A DNA stretch of 64,000 nt. It comes from an uncultured Bacillales bacterium. Its GTDB lineage: Bacteria > Bacillota_I > Bacilli_A > RF39 > UBA660. Each line of letters starts with the position of its first letter. Position 1 is the first letter of the stretch. Positions 1 to 10,787 of the stretch are shown here, one piece after another. The position numbers were made by a program, and so were the translations under genes. Location: positions 25,533-89,532 of the forward strand of contig CAMNEE010000003.1 of the NCBI GenBank assembly GCA_946536225.1, in the 5' to 3' direction. A model generated the notes under the pieces. That model worked only from the letters and a program-made list of their open reading frames with translations, ran no database searches and had not been told where the DNA came from.

Positions 1-1040
1 AGTACTTTGATGAAATACTTTCAAGTGATGAAAAACTTGAAGTAAAAGCGAAACAAGTATCAAGTAATGCTGTTACTATCATGACAATACATGGATCAAA
101 AGGACTTGAATATAACTATGTTTATATGCCATATCTAGATGGTAAATTTATTAGTAATAATGATAGACCTCGTTATAACGTAAATGATTTATATGGTTTT
201 ATATTCCCATACTTCGATGAAGGAATTGAAAATACTTTCATCTATGACTTAAACTATGAACACGAAAGAAAAGAAATAATCTCAGAAAAAATAAGATTAT
301 TCTATGTTGCTATAACAAGAGCAAAAGAACAATTTATCATGATTCATAATAAAAATGAAAAAATAGAACCATGTTCTATAAGTGAAGATGTAATAAAAAA
401 ATGTTCTTCATTTGGAGATATTATTTCTTATATGTCTACATTCTTTAGTAAATATACTAAAACAATAGATATAGAATTTCTTGGTATAGATAATAAAACG
501 GAAGCAAATAAAACTAATTATAAAGAATTAATTGATAAGACAAATAAAGTTATTAACATTAAAGAAATATCAATTGATAATGAGCTAATAGATAATAAAC
601 ACTTTAGTAAAACAATTAATAATATTATTACTAAAGAAGAAAAAAAGGCTTTAGAATATGGAACTCACTTACATTACATATTTGAGTCCTATGACTTTAA
701 GAAAAATAATTTAGAAGAGTTAAATATTACTGATGAAGAAAAAGGATATATTAAAAACTTCTTAAGTCATAAAGAAACTGAAAATATTAGTAAGGCTAAT
801 ACTTATAAAGAACATGAAATACTATTTACTAAAGACAATAGTTTATTCCATGGTATTATAGACTTGCTTGTAGAATATCCCACTTATTTTGATATCATAG
901 ACTATAAAACATCAGAAGTAGACGAAGATGCATATCTTGATCAATTAAAAGGATATAAAAACTACATAGAAAGAACTTATAAAAAGCCATGTAATATTTA
1001 TCTATATTCAATAAAAAAAGATTTATTTAAGAAACTATAA
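1..1040 (+). CDS. UvrD/PcrA-family helicase with C-terminal PD-(D/E)XK nuclease domain (AddA-like), 5'-truncated by window edge
   Basis: Frame is open to nt 3. Helicase motif V/VI 'VTIMTIHGSKGLE' and 'FYVAITRAKEQF'. C-terminal 'HGIIDLLVEY...IIDYKTSEV' nuclease motif. Confidence 0.6.
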   Translation, partial: YFDEILSSDEKLEVKAKQVSSNAVTIMTIHGSKGLEYNYVYMPYLDGKFISNNDRPRYNVNDLYGFIFPYFDEGIENTFIYDLNYEHERKEIISEKIRLFYVAITRAKEQFIMIHNKNEKIEPCSISEDVIKKCSSFGDIISYMSTFFSKYTKTIDIEFLGIDNKTEANKTNYKELIDKTNKVINIKEISIDNELIDNKHFSKTINNIITKEEKKALEYGTHLHYIFESYDFKKNNLEELNITDEEKGYIKNFLSHKETENISKANTYKEHEILFTKDNSLFHGIIDLLVEYPTYFDIIDYKTSEVDEDAYLDQLKGYKNYIERTYKKPCNIYLYSIKKDLFKKL

Positions 1041-1041
1041 A

Positions 1042-1066
1042 AACTAACCTACAAGGTTAGTTTTTA
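1042..1066. terminator. Bidirectional rho-independent terminator between convergent genes
   Basis: Perfect hairpin aaactaacct-acaa-aggttagttt followed by a T-run; A-run on the other side. Confidence 0.55.
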
Positions 1067-1076
1067 TTCTTCAAAA

Positions 1077-1952
1077 TTAATTATTTTTCATCTTACTTTT
1101 TTGAACTCTAATTAAAGGTTTATGATATGCTTCTTCTAATTCAGTACCTTTATACTTTTCATTTATTAATCTTCTATAATAATTAATATGATTAATAGTA
1201 GCACCTAATAAACCTAAATTATTAACATTAGAATTATACTCAAAAGCTTCCTCATCTTCAGTATCAAAAGATTGACCACTGGCACATATGTTACCATTAA
1301 CATCAATATTAATTACTCCATATAAAGTATTATAATTTTTATCATAATCAGCATTAACTTTACTAACACAATCATAATTATGAATATACTTTGGATTTCT
1401 ACTTACCGTATATTGAGTACCATATTTTTCATTTATTTCAGCAAGCCTATCATCAGATAATGTAAGTGCATTACCAATTGGATATAAATTACTAGTTGGT
1501 GTAGATTCATAAGAAATATATTCGTTAGCACCAAATTTTTCTTTTAATTTATCAGCATTATCTTTTCTTAATCTTAATAGTCCTAATCTTTCTAATTCCA
1601 TATGATGGAATGCATCATATGATAAATATAAGTTTAAATTACCTATTGAAGCCAATTCCTTTAAAGCACTTATAACATTTTTATTTACTACAGTTGCATT
1701 TGTAACAAGATTAATTTTATTTACTTTAATCTTATTCTTTTTAATTACTTCTATAATTGTTCTAATTTGTCTAACTGCTGTTAAAGGTTCCCCACCACTT
1801 ATAAGTAAAAAGTCTATTTCTTTAATATTCTTAAAAATGTTAACAATAGTTTCAGGAGACATAACTTCATTTCTGCTTTCTCCTCTAAAACAATGTTCAC
1901 ATTGTAATGTACAAGATCTTGTAATTTCTAAATGTAAACTACTAACTATCAT
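1077..1952 (-). CDS. Radical SAM enzyme, unknown substrate
   Basis: N-terminal CxxxCxxC cluster 'CTLQCEHCF' at residues 14-22. Few further cysteines, so not an obvious SPASM type. 291 aa. Confidence 0.6.
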   Translation of the reverse strand: MIVSSLHLEITRSCTLQCEHCFRGESRNEVMSPETIVNIFKNIKEIDFLLISGGEPLTAVRQIRTIIEVIKKNKIKVNKINLVTNATVVNKNVISALKELASIGNLNLYLSYDAFHHMELERLGLLRLRKDNADKLKEKFGANEYISYESTPTSNLYPIGNALTLSDDRLAEINEKYGTQYTVSRNPKYIHNYDCVSKVNADYDKNYNTLYGVINIDVNGNICASGQSFDTEDEEAFEYNSNVNNLGLLGATINHINYYRRLINEKYKGTELEEAYHKPLIRVQKSKMKNN

Positions 1953-2069
1953 ACCAATACATCCCCTTTTTCTATTCGACTATAATAACAAAAAATAAGC
2001 ACTTATGCAAATTCTCATCATTTTTGTTTAAAACAAGTAATTAATAAACTATTCTTTAATAATATTATT

Positions 2070-3464
2070 ATGGATAACTTAAATATAAATGGAATAATAC
2101 TAGATGATTATCAAATGAATGCTATAAAAGCAAAAGAAAAATCAGTTTTATTAATTGCTGGTGCTGGATCAGGGAAAACACTTACGATTGAAGGAAAAAT
2201 TAAATATTTAATTGAATATGAGCATATAAAAGAAGAAGAAATACTTTGTATTTCATTTACCAATGAAACAGTAAATAACCTATATACTAAACTTAATAGT
2301 CTAGGATATGAAATAGAAGTTAAAACTTTTCATAAGTTAGGCATGAAATACCTAAGTAATTTTAACTATTCAATATGTGATGATTCTCTTCTACCTTTTA
2401 TTACTGATGAATATTTTAAGTCTTATATTAAATATAATAAAAATTATAAAAAAGAGTTTAAAAGCATTTTTAAAACTTTTAAAAATATAGATAATCTATT
2501 ATCTTCCTATGAATATACAGAACTAAAAAAAACCATTCTAACATTTATTAAATTATCAAAAGCTAATAATATACCTTTATACGAAATATATAAAAAGTAT
2601 AAGCATTCATTCTTCATAACAAAAGTAATTTTAAAGTACATTCTAGAAATAAGCAAAATATATGAAAATGAATTAAAATCATCAAATAAAATAGATATGG
2701 ATGACATCATTATAAAAGGAACTGAATGTATTAAAAACTATCCAATTAATTATAAGTATATAATAATAGATGAATTTCAGGATTCATCTATTATTAGACT
2801 AAATTTAATAAGAGAATTAATTCGGTTAAGTGATGCATCCCTTTTTGCTGTAGGAGATGACTACCAAAGTATATATGGTTTTTCAGGTAGTAATCTAGAT
2901 ATATTCATTAACTTTAAAAACTATTTCAAGGATGCTAAATATTATTACTTAAAGTACACCTACAGAAACAGCAATGAACTTATTTTCATAACAGTAAACT
3001 TTATCATGAAGAATAAACATCAATTAAAGAAGAATATATCATCAATTAAAAGTAATTCCAAACCAATTAAAATACTATTTAATTACACGGTTGAAGAGAC
3101 AATAAAACTAATTAATAGTAAAGAAATACTTATACTTGGAAGAAATAACTCGGATATAGATAAAATCAATTATGAAAATAAACTTACCATTCACAAATCA
3201 AAAGGACTCGAATGTGAAAACATAATACTAGTAAACTCAGATAATATACCTTCTAAAATTAAAAATAATAATATAATAAATTTAATAAATAAAACTAAAA
3301 TATATATACCCTATGAAGAAGAAAGAAGATTATTCTATGTAGCTCTTACGAGGACTAAAAATAATATCTATATTTTAGTAAATAAACCATCTATATTTAT
3401 AAAAGAATTAATGCATGATTATATGGAATTTATTGAAATAAAAAAGAAGGGTTCACTTCATTAA
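2070..3464 (+). CDS. Compact UvrD-like SF1 helicase (464 aa)
   Basis: Walker A 'AGAGSGKT', motif II 'IIDEFQDSS', motif III 'VGDDYQSIYGFSG', motif V 'IHKSKGLE', motif VI 'YVALTRTK'. Confidence 0.65.
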   Translation: MDNLNINGIILDDYQMNAIKAKEKSVLLIAGAGSGKTLTIEGKIKYLIEYEHIKEEEILCISFTNETVNNLYTKLNSLGYEIEVKTFHKLGMKYLSNFNYSICDDSLLPFITDEYFKSYIKYNKNYKKEFKSIFKTFKNIDNLLSSYEYTELKKTILTFIKLSKANNIPLYEIYKKYKHSFFITKVILKYILEISKIYENELKSSNKIDMDDIIIKGTECIKNYPINYKYIIIDEFQDSSIIRLNLIRELIRLSDASLFAVGDDYQSIYGFSGSNLDIFINFKNYFKDAKYYYLKYTYRNSNELIFITVNFIMKNKHQLKKNISSIKSNSKPIKILFNYTVEETIKLINSKEILILGRNNSDIDKINYENKLTIHKSKGLECENIILVNSDNIPSKIKNNNIINLINKTKIYIPYEEERRLFYVALTRTKNNIYILVNKPSIFIKELMHDYMEFIEIKKKGSLH

Positions 3465-4354
3465 ACCTTCTTTATTTTTGCTACAAAGAATCCTTCATAT
3501 TCTTTTGTTGGCATAACTGTAACAACTCCATCTATTGTACTAGGTAGAGTTTCTATATCAGTATTAATAGGAACCATTTCAATATTAAATTCCTTCTTAG
3601 CTTTATTAATAATATCTTCATTTTCACATTTTAATATAGAACAAGTTGAATATACTAAAGTATTACCTTTCTTTAACATACTTAGAGCTTTCTTAAGTAA
3701 TTCATACTGAGTCTTTTGTATTTTATTAATTAATTCTTCACTTATTTTTGAATAATTACTGTTTTCAATAGTACCAGATCCTGAGCAAGGAGAATCAAGT
3801 AAAATATTATCAAATACAAAATAGTCATCTAAGTCTCTTGCATCTTTCTTTAAACAAGTAACATTCTTACAACCAAGTAACTCTAAATTATGTTTAAGTC
3901 TATCAAATCTTATAGCATTAACTTCTGTTGCTGTAACAAATATATTATTATCCATCAAAGCACATATTTCACTTGTCTTACCACCTGGACTAGAAGCCAT
4001 ATCAAGAACAGTACTTCCCTTTTTTAAATCCAAGTATAAAGGAGGTAACATAGAACTTAAGCTTTGAAGATATATTTTTCCTTCCTTGTATAAATCCAAA
4101 TTTCTTAAAACACTTTCATCTGCATTTATTATAAGAGCAAAATCAATATTATCTACTTCCTTATAATCTATATTATTATCATTTAAGACTTTTATAACTT
4201 CGTCTTTATTTGCTTTTAAAGTATTAACTCTTAAAGATGTAACTCTTTCTTGACTATAAGCATCAATAATTTTTCGGGTTAAATCATTATCATAATAACT
4301 AATTAAAAGATTATTTAAATAAGTTGGAATATTCATAAATACACCTCGTAACAA
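3461..4354 (-). CDS. rRNA cytosine-C5 methyltransferase (RsmB/RsmF, NOL1/NOP2/Sun family)
   Basis: SAM motif 'LDMASSPGGKT' and catalytic 'DSPCSGSG'. Confidence 0.65.
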   Translation of the reverse strand: MLRGVFMNIPTYLNNLLISYYDNDLTRKIIDAYSQERVTSLRVNTLKANKDEVIKVLNDNNIDYKEVDNIDFALIINADESVLRNLDLYKEGKIYLQSLSSMLPPLYLDLKKGSTVLDMASSPGGKTSEICALMDNNIFVTATEVNAIRFDRLKHNLELLGCKNVTCLKKDARDLDDYFVFDNILLDSPCSGSGTIENSNYSKISEELINKIQKTQYELLKKALSMLKKGNTLVYSTCSILKCENEDIINKAKKEFNIEMVPINTDIETLPSTIDGVVTVMPTKEYEGFFVAKIKKV

Positions 4355-4410
4355 TTATATCATGTATTTATAAATTCGATATAATTTGATAAAATAAAAG
4401 TGGTGATAAT

Positions 4411-5610
4411 ATGAAATATGTACTAACTTCATTACTTTCAATTTTGAGTTTATTTAATTTTACAATTCAACATGATACAGACTTTGAAGTATCTAATACA
4501 GAATATATTGATCAAAGTATTATTCTAACGCTTAAAATGACAAGCGATAATATCATGGCTATAGAACAAGAAATGACTTATAATTCAAACGAATTTGAAT
4601 TACAAAAAGTAAAAACAAACTACTATTTCACATATACTGAAGGTAAACCCATTAAAAGCGGAAATAATACAACTATAAAGATGTTATTTGATAGTACAAA
4701 TTCATTTAAAACAATTGAGTATGCTCAAATATACTTTAAACCATTAGTAAAAGATAAACCTTTAAACATTTACTTTGATAATATACATTCTTCTGACGTA
4801 GACTATAAATATGAATCATCATATGGATGTCGTGAAGAAATAACGGTTTATTCAGACTCCGATAATATAAAAATAGTAAAAGAAGATTACACATTAAGAA
4901 ATCAAGTTTCTAAGTGGGCGGATGAAAACAAAACAATGCTAATACTTATATGTGTTGCACTTATAGCATTCATAATAATAATTAATATTATAAGAGCAAT
5001 TAGAACTAAGATACGTCTTAATAAAAAACCTTTTAAAACAGTTACAATTGAAACTAATGCTACATTACCAATTAATAATCAAACTCCAGGAGTACCTAGT
5101 CAAGTTAATACTTCACCTACTCCAGTTTCTGGGGAGTTTATTATTAACGAACAATTAGAAAAAATTAATGATGATCAAATAGGTGGCCAACAACTTGAAC
5201 AACTTGAAGCTGAGGCTAAGGCAGAAGCTGAAGCTGAAGCATCACAAACCCAAGATGCTTCATCAAATGATGCATTCAATGGTAAATATGAAGTATTTAT
5301 ACTTCTATTATTAGTGGGTACTCTACTATTCACATCAAACGTATTTGCAGAAGATTCTAGAGCTAAACTACCACAAATAAGAAATAATATAGTTAATAAT
5401 GAAAAATATAATTCTGAATTAGATAATAATAAAGATAAAAAAGTTAATCTAATAGATTTAATATATGAAATTGGTACAACAGATGCCTTAAATAAAGGAT
5501 ATATAAAGTTCCATTCAACTGAAGAGGAAGAACAAAAACAACAAGAAGAAGGCCCAATTCATGACGAAGAAGAAACAGATATGAATAACATGTGGGATAA
5601 AGTACAATAA
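4411..5610 (+). CDS. Secreted/membrane protein with signal peptide, central TM segment and EA-repeat low-complexity region
   Basis: N-terminal hydrophobic leader, 'LILICVALIAFIIIINII' TM, 'EAEAKAEAEAEA' repeat. Confidence 0.4.
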   Translation: MKYVLTSLLSILSLFNFTIQHDTDFEVSNTEYIDQSIILTLKMTSDNIMAIEQEMTYNSNEFELQKVKTNYYFTYTEGKPIKSGNNTTIKMLFDSTNSFKTIEYAQIYFKPLVKDKPLNIYFDNIHSSDVDYKYESSYGCREEITVYSDSDNIKIVKEDYTLRNQVSKWADENKTMLILICVALIAFIIIINIIRAIRTKIRLNKKPFKTVTIETNATLPINNQTPGVPSQVNTSPTPVSGEFIINEQLEKINDDQIGGQQLEQLEAEAKAEAEAEASQTQDASSNDAFNGKYEVFILLLLVGTLLFTSNVFAEDSRAKLPQIRNNIVNNEKYNSELDNNKDKKVNLIDLIYEIGTTDALNKGYIKFHSTEEEEQKQQEEGPIHDEEETDMNNMWDKVQ

Positions 5611-5639
5611 AAAAGAACTTAGAAATAAGTTCTTTTTTT
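5611..5639. terminator. Rho-independent terminator
   Basis: Hairpin aaaagaactt-agaaat-aagttctttt plus T7, immediately after the stop at 5610. Confidence 0.55.
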
Positions 5640-6384
5640 AAACTGTATAAGCTTCAACTATAACTGCTTCAGCTTTATCATATTCTTTAGAAGAATTTAA
5701 TACTTTTACTTCTCCGGTTTCTTTAATACCATATGCAGATCCAAATTTAGCATCTACTATTTTAGAATTACTATCGTAAAATAAAGTAACAACAGATAAT
5801 CTAGTAATACTTTTACCAGTTTGGTTATTTACAATATAAGTAATTTGATTATCATTAATTGTATAATCTTTGTTTAAACCAACTTCTTCACTTAATAAAG
5901 ACTTATAAATAGTCTTCTTATGATTAATTTTATAGTCATACTTATCATATACACCTATTTCAGATTTATTAACAATAAACATTGTTTTTTCACCAGTTCC
6001 AACAGCATATATTACATAATCAAATGTATTAGCTAATTCACCACTTGCATAAGTATTAAAACTTAAAAATAAATCATTATTACCAGATAAATCATTATCA
6101 ACATCAATAATAAATAAATCACTTAACTCAGTTATATTAGAACTAACTTTACCAGTTTCCTTAGTAGTTTTAGTTTCTACTACTTCAGTAGTTTTATCTT
6201 CATCTTCTTCATAGTAATTAGCTTGTTTAAGCATATTATTCATACTTATACCAAGAATTACAATTGTTACTATTAAAACAATAGTTAAAACTATAGCAAT
6301 TTTAAAATTCTTTCCTTTAGTTTCAGTATAATCATTCATCTGTGGATTAATTACAGGTTTATTATCTTCATTCATATATTCCAC
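5638..6384 (-). CDS. Membrane-anchored hypothetical protein
   Basis: Single N-terminal TM 'IAIVLTIVLIVTIVILGI'; no recognisable catalytic motif. Confidence 0.4.
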   Translation of the reverse strand: MEYMNEDNKPVINPQMNDYTETKGKNFKIAIVLTIVLIVTIVILGISMNNMLKQANYYEEDEDKTTEVVETKTTKETGKVSSNITELSDLFIIDVDNDLSGNNDLFLSFNTYASGELANTFDYVIYAVGTGEKTMFIVNKSEIGVYDKYDYKINHKKTIYKSLLSEEVGLNKDYTINDNQITYIVNNQTGKSITRLSVVTLFYDSNSKIVDAKFGSAYGIKETGEVKVLNSSKEYDKAEAVIVEAYTV

Positions 6385-6461
6385 CTCTTATATCTATAAT
6401 AATATTTTAAAAGAAAAATATAAAGAAAATAACCTGTTTATTTACACAAAAAAAGATTATG

Positions 6462-7439
6462 CTATTTTAAGCATAACCTCTTAACATCATCTAAATTTTG
6501 AGTTGTATATTTATAAGTTGTTTCATCAAGCTCTTCTCTAGCAAAGCCTAACAAATCAAAACATCTTTGCGCTGTTTCATTAGATTTTTTAATCTTACAA
6601 TATAAATAATTCATATCACAAAGAGAAAGTAAACCAATTAATCCTTCAAGAAGAAATCCTTGTTCTTTATAGTTTTGATATATTTTATAATCTATTTCAC
6701 CATAGGCTTTAATCTTAATATAACCAATGAAACTATTATTTTCTTTTAATCTAAGTTCATAACATATAGTTGCGAAGTCTGTATTCATCTTTTGATACAT
6801 TAATAATCTATCAGTAGTTACACAATCAGTAAAATTATCTATGTTAAAGTTTTCAAGACAGGAAACCATTCTATCATCAAAGTTAAAACCAACATCTAAC
6901 TTTTGATTTAAAATATCATGATAATCATCATCTTTTGCAAGTTCATCAATTAATTCAGCAAGTCTCATAGTTCTATCATAATTTGCCTTGCATAAATTAA
7001 ATTTTTTACATTGAATATCTAAGTAAGCAGCTGCACCTTCAGTACCAAATTGTTTACTTCTTGCATGGCAATCAACAACTTGTTCAGTTGCTTGATCACT
7101 GTTCATATCATTAGGATCATCAAAATAACCCCAGTGATGGTCATTATTTTGTTGATGTAAATGTGTAGCCTTCTTAACCTCTGGTGAAGGTTCATAATGT
7201 ATATTAGATAAATCATCAATACTATCTACAATAGAAGCCAAAGCTAAAAACTCTTGTACATTATTCAATTTAGATAAATCGTGTGTTTGACATCTACAAA
7301 TAAGCGATGTTGAATCCGCACCTCTTTGAAGTTTTTTAAGTTCGGTTGCTAAATATAACCCACTTCTTTGAACACATTCCCTATGTATTAATGTATCAAT
7401 TAATACATCAGTTAGTTTTTTTGGTTCTATTTTTCTCAT
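6462..7439 (-). CDS. Hypothetical protein with possible C-terminal GNAT-like acetyltransferase fold
   Basis: C-terminal 'QGFLLEGLIGLL...RCFDLLGF' resembles GNAT motifs A/B. Local GC is higher than the surroundings. Confidence 0.3.
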   Translation of the reverse strand: MRKIEPKKLTDVLIDTLIHRECVQRSGLYLATELKKLQRGADSTSLICRCQTHDLSKLNNVQEFLALASIVDSIDDLSNIHYEPSPEVKKATHLHQQNNDHHWGYFDDPNDMNSDQATEQVVDCHARSKQFGTEGAAAYLDIQCKKFNLCKANYDRTMRLAELIDELAKDDDYHDILNQKLDVGFNFDDRMVSCLENFNIDNFTDCVTTDRLLMYQKMNTDFATICYELRLKENNSFIGYIKIKAYGEIDYKIYQNYKEQGFLLEGLIGLLSLCDMNYLYCKIKKSNETAQRCFDLLGFAREELDETTYKYTTQNLDDVKRLCLK

Positions 7440-7566
7440 GATTTAATACCTTTCCATCGACTTTTTAGTCTATTATACACTAGAAAAATATAATATCAAC
7501 AAAAAACCAATTCCCTTATTTATTCTTAAACTTCCATATACTTACAAGTATACCACAAATAATCGT

Positions 7567-8460
7567 CTATATTTCTATTAATTCATATTGAGTAGAACCT
7601 AAGCCAAGTTTTTCAGCATAAGGAAGTATTTCTCTTCCTAAACGTGTATCAATTCTTTCTTGTAACTCCTTAGCCCCAGGATCTTTAGATGCAAATACCA
7701 TATCAACAAATGCTTGATCATTTGCAACTGGATCAAGTGAACCAACTATTCCAAGATCAGCCATAACTGGTTCTCCTTGTTTGGAATCACAATCACAATC
7801 TACCGATAAAGCATTCATAACAGTAATATATATAATTGGTTTATTATTTCTTTCACAATATTCATGAACTGCAGTTGCAGCTTCAGCCATCGACTCAATA
7901 AAATCAATTTGTTCATGTTTATCTACCCAGCACTCATCAGGATTTTCAGTATGACCACATGAATGAATATATGCTTTACCATTACGTGATGCAAATCCAA
8001 TTGATTGATTCTTTAGATTAGCACCAAATCCTCCCATGGCATGTCCTTTGCCATGAGCAAGATTTATGAATGAATCATACTTTTTAAAGCCTTCTCCAAG
8101 TAAATCGTACTTTAAGTGCTTTGCACCAACTGGAGCAGGTATTCTAAATTCACCTAATCCATCAATAATTTCAACACCCTTACCCATCTTAGTAAAGCCA
8201 TGTTCTTCAGCAACACTCATATGTTCCGTAGCCTCATTACGACTTCCTGGATATGCAGTATTGCATTCAATTATTGTCCCATTTAATCTATCAACTAGAG
8301 GTTTAATAATCTCCGATTTTAAGTAACCTTTTGCCCCTTTTTCACCAGTTGAAACTTTTATACCTACGTTTCCTGGTAATTTAACTCCAAGTGCTTCATA
8401 AACTTTCATAAGTCCTCGAGCACTGATGTCTTTTGTAAAATATACTTTTGAATTTTTCAT
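7567..8460 (-). CDS. DUF362-domain protein (putative Fe-S/ferredoxin-associated)
   Basis: Characteristic N-terminus 'MKNSKVYFTKDISARGL...' and length around 300 aa. Confidence 0.45.
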   Translation of the reverse strand: MKNSKVYFTKDISARGLMKVYEALGVKLPGNVGIKVSTGEKGAKGYLKSEIIKPLVDRLNGTIIECNTAYPGSRNEATEHMSVAEEHGFTKMGKGVEIIDGLGEFRIPAPVGAKHLKYDLLGEGFKKYDSFINLAHGKGHAMGGFGANLKNQSIGFASRNGKAYIHSCGHTENPDECWVDKHEQIDFIESMAEAATAVHEYCERNNKPIIYITVMNALSVDCDCDSKQGEPVMADLGIVGSLDPVANDQAFVDMVFASKDPGAKELQERIDTRLGREILPYAEKLGLGSTQYELIEI

Positions 8461-8550
8461 AAAATTACCTCCTCATATTTTACAAGACAAGTATAGCACA
8501 TAAAAAGAAGACTTACAAAAGTCCTCTTAAACTAACGTTTTTACGGTGAT

Positions 8551-10731
8551 TTAAAGTACATCTTCAACTCTAACAGCATTAACACCTATTTCATATAACT
8601 CATCAATATTATTCTTAACTATTCTATCTTTTCCATAAATAATAGTTAGGTTATCTCTTCTTAAACATCTAAATTTACTACCAAATTTATCTTTTAAGTA
8701 ATACGTATTCTTTGAGTCATACTTACCATTAAAGATGTCATATTTAATAACCATCGCTTCAGGTAAAGTATCAACAATTACTTCTACATTTGGATGTTTT
8801 CCGTATCTTTCTTCGTATGAATTTATTAAATCCTTTATTTGATAATCATTCATTTCTAAAGATAAACATACTCTTTTAACTCCAAGAGAATGAAGAAGTG
8901 CAACAGAATATGAATTTGTAACATTTAAAGACCAATCTGTTGCTATATCTTTAAACTTATATTTATAAACGCTTCCAAGTTCAGAGGCCATTATTAAGTT
9001 CCCTTTTCTTTCACTTAAGTGTTCCATGACTCTAGGATTTTTATAACGAATCCAATAATCATCAAAAGATTTGTTATAAGGAATAATTACTTCGTTATAA
9101 TGACTTCCCATAGAAATATTATATTTTTCAGTATTATCTAATAATAATATCTTCCAATTTGTCTTATCAAACTTAGGTAATTCGATATTATATTGTCGTT
9201 TAACGATATTATTAACACTTGCAACTCGAATTTTATCTAAATTATCAAGAGCATCTCTTCTTAAATCATTTATAGTTTTAATTGGTATAAATATATTATC
9301 ATCACTTACGATATCTAAAGACTTAATATTGTAAATTGTATTGCCTGTTTTAAGTAATTGTTTTTCTATATCTTCTTTTGTAGTTGGTCTATTAACACTT
9401 TTATCAACTATATAATCAGAATTCATAGAAATATCATTTATACCATCATTAACACTTATAGAAAGTTTTTCTCCTAGAAGTGCTTTAAACTTAACATCTA
9501 CATTTATTTTTCTATTATTTGCTTTTATTAAAGCATCTAAGTTTTTTAATTGTTCATAATCGGTAGTTTTTAATACTTCAGAACCTACTTCTACTTCTTC
9601 AGGAGAAAGCAAAGTAATTACTTCATTCTTCTTTGCACTTCTAACTTTCTCATTATTTTGAAACATTTGTTGAATAATCATACCAACGTCTTCAAATCCA
9701 CGTTTAACAAAACGTATTCCATCATTTAGATTAACTCCGTCTGTTAATCTTATCTTTACTCTATTCTTTTTAACATCGATTACATTACCTATCTTAACAC
9801 CCATATGATTTGGTCTAAATGTATTCATAAACTTATCATTTGGGGTATTAAATAAGAAACCTTTTGTATAATTTCTATTAAATATCTTCTTAAGCTCGTA
9901 TATTTCATCTTCACTTATATCAACTTTTCCAGTTTCAATATAAGAATCTACTGCTTTTCTATAAAGAGAAGTAACTAAATATACATACTCAGGTCTTTTC
10001 ATTCTACCTTCTATTTTTAAAGAATCAATACCTAGATCAATAAGTTTACCAACATCTTCCAAAGTACAAAGATCTCTTGTAGATAAAAGATAATTATCTT
10101 CACTTATCTTTATATCATTACAGTATAACTCATAAGGTTGTCTACAACTTTGAGCACATGTTCCTCGGTTACCACTTCTGCCACCTATTAAAGAACTCAT
10201 TAAACATTGTCCTGAGTAAGATATACATAAAGCCCCATGAACAAATATTTCTAACTCAATATTAGTGTTTTCTCTTATCTTTTTAACTAGTTCAATTGGA
10301 GTTTCACGAGCAAGAACTACACGTGATGCACCTAATTCTTCAACAAGTTTAGTACTTTCAACGTTATGAATATGCATTTGAGTAGAAATATGTATTTCAA
10401 GATTTGGGAAAGTTTTTCTAATTAAATCAAACATTCCAATATCTTGTACAATAACTGCATCTACATTATTCTTATGTAAAAACTCAATATAATCCATGAA
10501 CTTTTCAACTTCAAAGTCATAAACTAAAGTATTAGTAGTAACATATACTTTAACTCCATATTTATGAGCATAATTAATAGCAAATACTAATTCTTCATCA
10601 CTAAAATTATCAGCAAACGCTCTAGCACCAAATAATTTACCAGCTAAATAAACAGCATCGCATCCACCTTCAATAGCAGCATATAAAGAAGCCATTCTTC
10701 CAACAGGTGCAAGTATTTCGGGTTTCTTCAC
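8551..10731 (-). CDS. Peptidase U32 family protein (collagenase-like, long form)
   Basis: N-terminal 'PEILAPVGRMASLYAAIEGGCDAVYLAGKLFGARAFADNF' is typical of U32 peptidases; 726 aa. Confidence 0.7.
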   Translation of the reverse strand: MKKPEILAPVGRMASLYAAIEGGCDAVYLAGKLFGARAFADNFSDEELVFAINYAHKYGVKVYVTTNTLVYDFEVEKFMDYIEFLHKNNVDAVIVQDIGMFDLIRKTFPNLEIHISTQMHIHNVESTKLVEELGASRVVLARETPIELVKKIRENTNIELEIFVHGALCISYSGQCLMSSLIGGRSGNRGTCAQSCRQPYELYCNDIKISEDNYLLSTRDLCTLEDVGKLIDLGIDSLKIEGRMKRPEYVYLVTSLYRKAVDSYIETGKVDISEDEIYELKKIFNRNYTKGFLFNTPNDKFMNTFRPNHMGVKIGNVIDVKKNRVKIRLTDGVNLNDGIRFVKRGFEDVGMIIQQMFQNNEKVRSAKKNEVITLLSPEEVEVGSEVLKTTDYEQLKNLDALIKANNRKINVDVKFKALLGEKLSISVNDGINDISMNSDYIVDKSVNRPTTKEDIEKQLLKTGNTIYNIKSLDIVSDDNIFIPIKTINDLRRDALDNLDKIRVASVNNIVKRQYNIELPKFDKTNWKILLLDNTEKYNISMGSHYNEVIIPYNKSFDDYWIRYKNPRVMEHLSERKGNLIMASELGSVYKYKFKDIATDWSLNVTNSYSVALLHSLGVKRVCLSLEMNDYQIKDLINSYEERYGKHPNVEVIVDTLPEAMVIKYDIFNGKYDSKNTYYLKDKFGSKFRCLRRDNLTIIYGKDRIVKNNIDELYEIGVNAVRVEDVL

Positions 10732-10750
10732 ATTTATACCTCCTTTTTAA

Positions 10751-10787
10751 ATAAAAAACACTAGTTTTTATAACTAGGTTTTTTTAC
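10751..10787 (-). terminator. Rho-independent terminator downstream of argS
   Basis: Imperfect hairpin aacactagtt/aactaggtt flanked by A- and T-runs. Confidence 0.35.

Noticed and set aside
2507-2710. Many short antisense ORFs of 61-126 aa embedded in longer genes (2507..2710, 8066..8326, 16986..17183, 18216..18419, 21516..21806, 23416..23658, 26089..26349, 26737..26925, 30497..30715, 37507..37767, 39271..39582, 44700..44996, 46796..47128, 51828..52208, 53037..53261, 54527..54760, 56155..56340, 58516..58776, 61096..61299, 61782..61982)
   Set aside because: They lie fully inside well-supported longer ORFs on the opposite or same strand. Their translations are low-complexity I/L/F/K/S-rich, as expected from an AT-rich antisense strand. 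None has an RBS or a motif.
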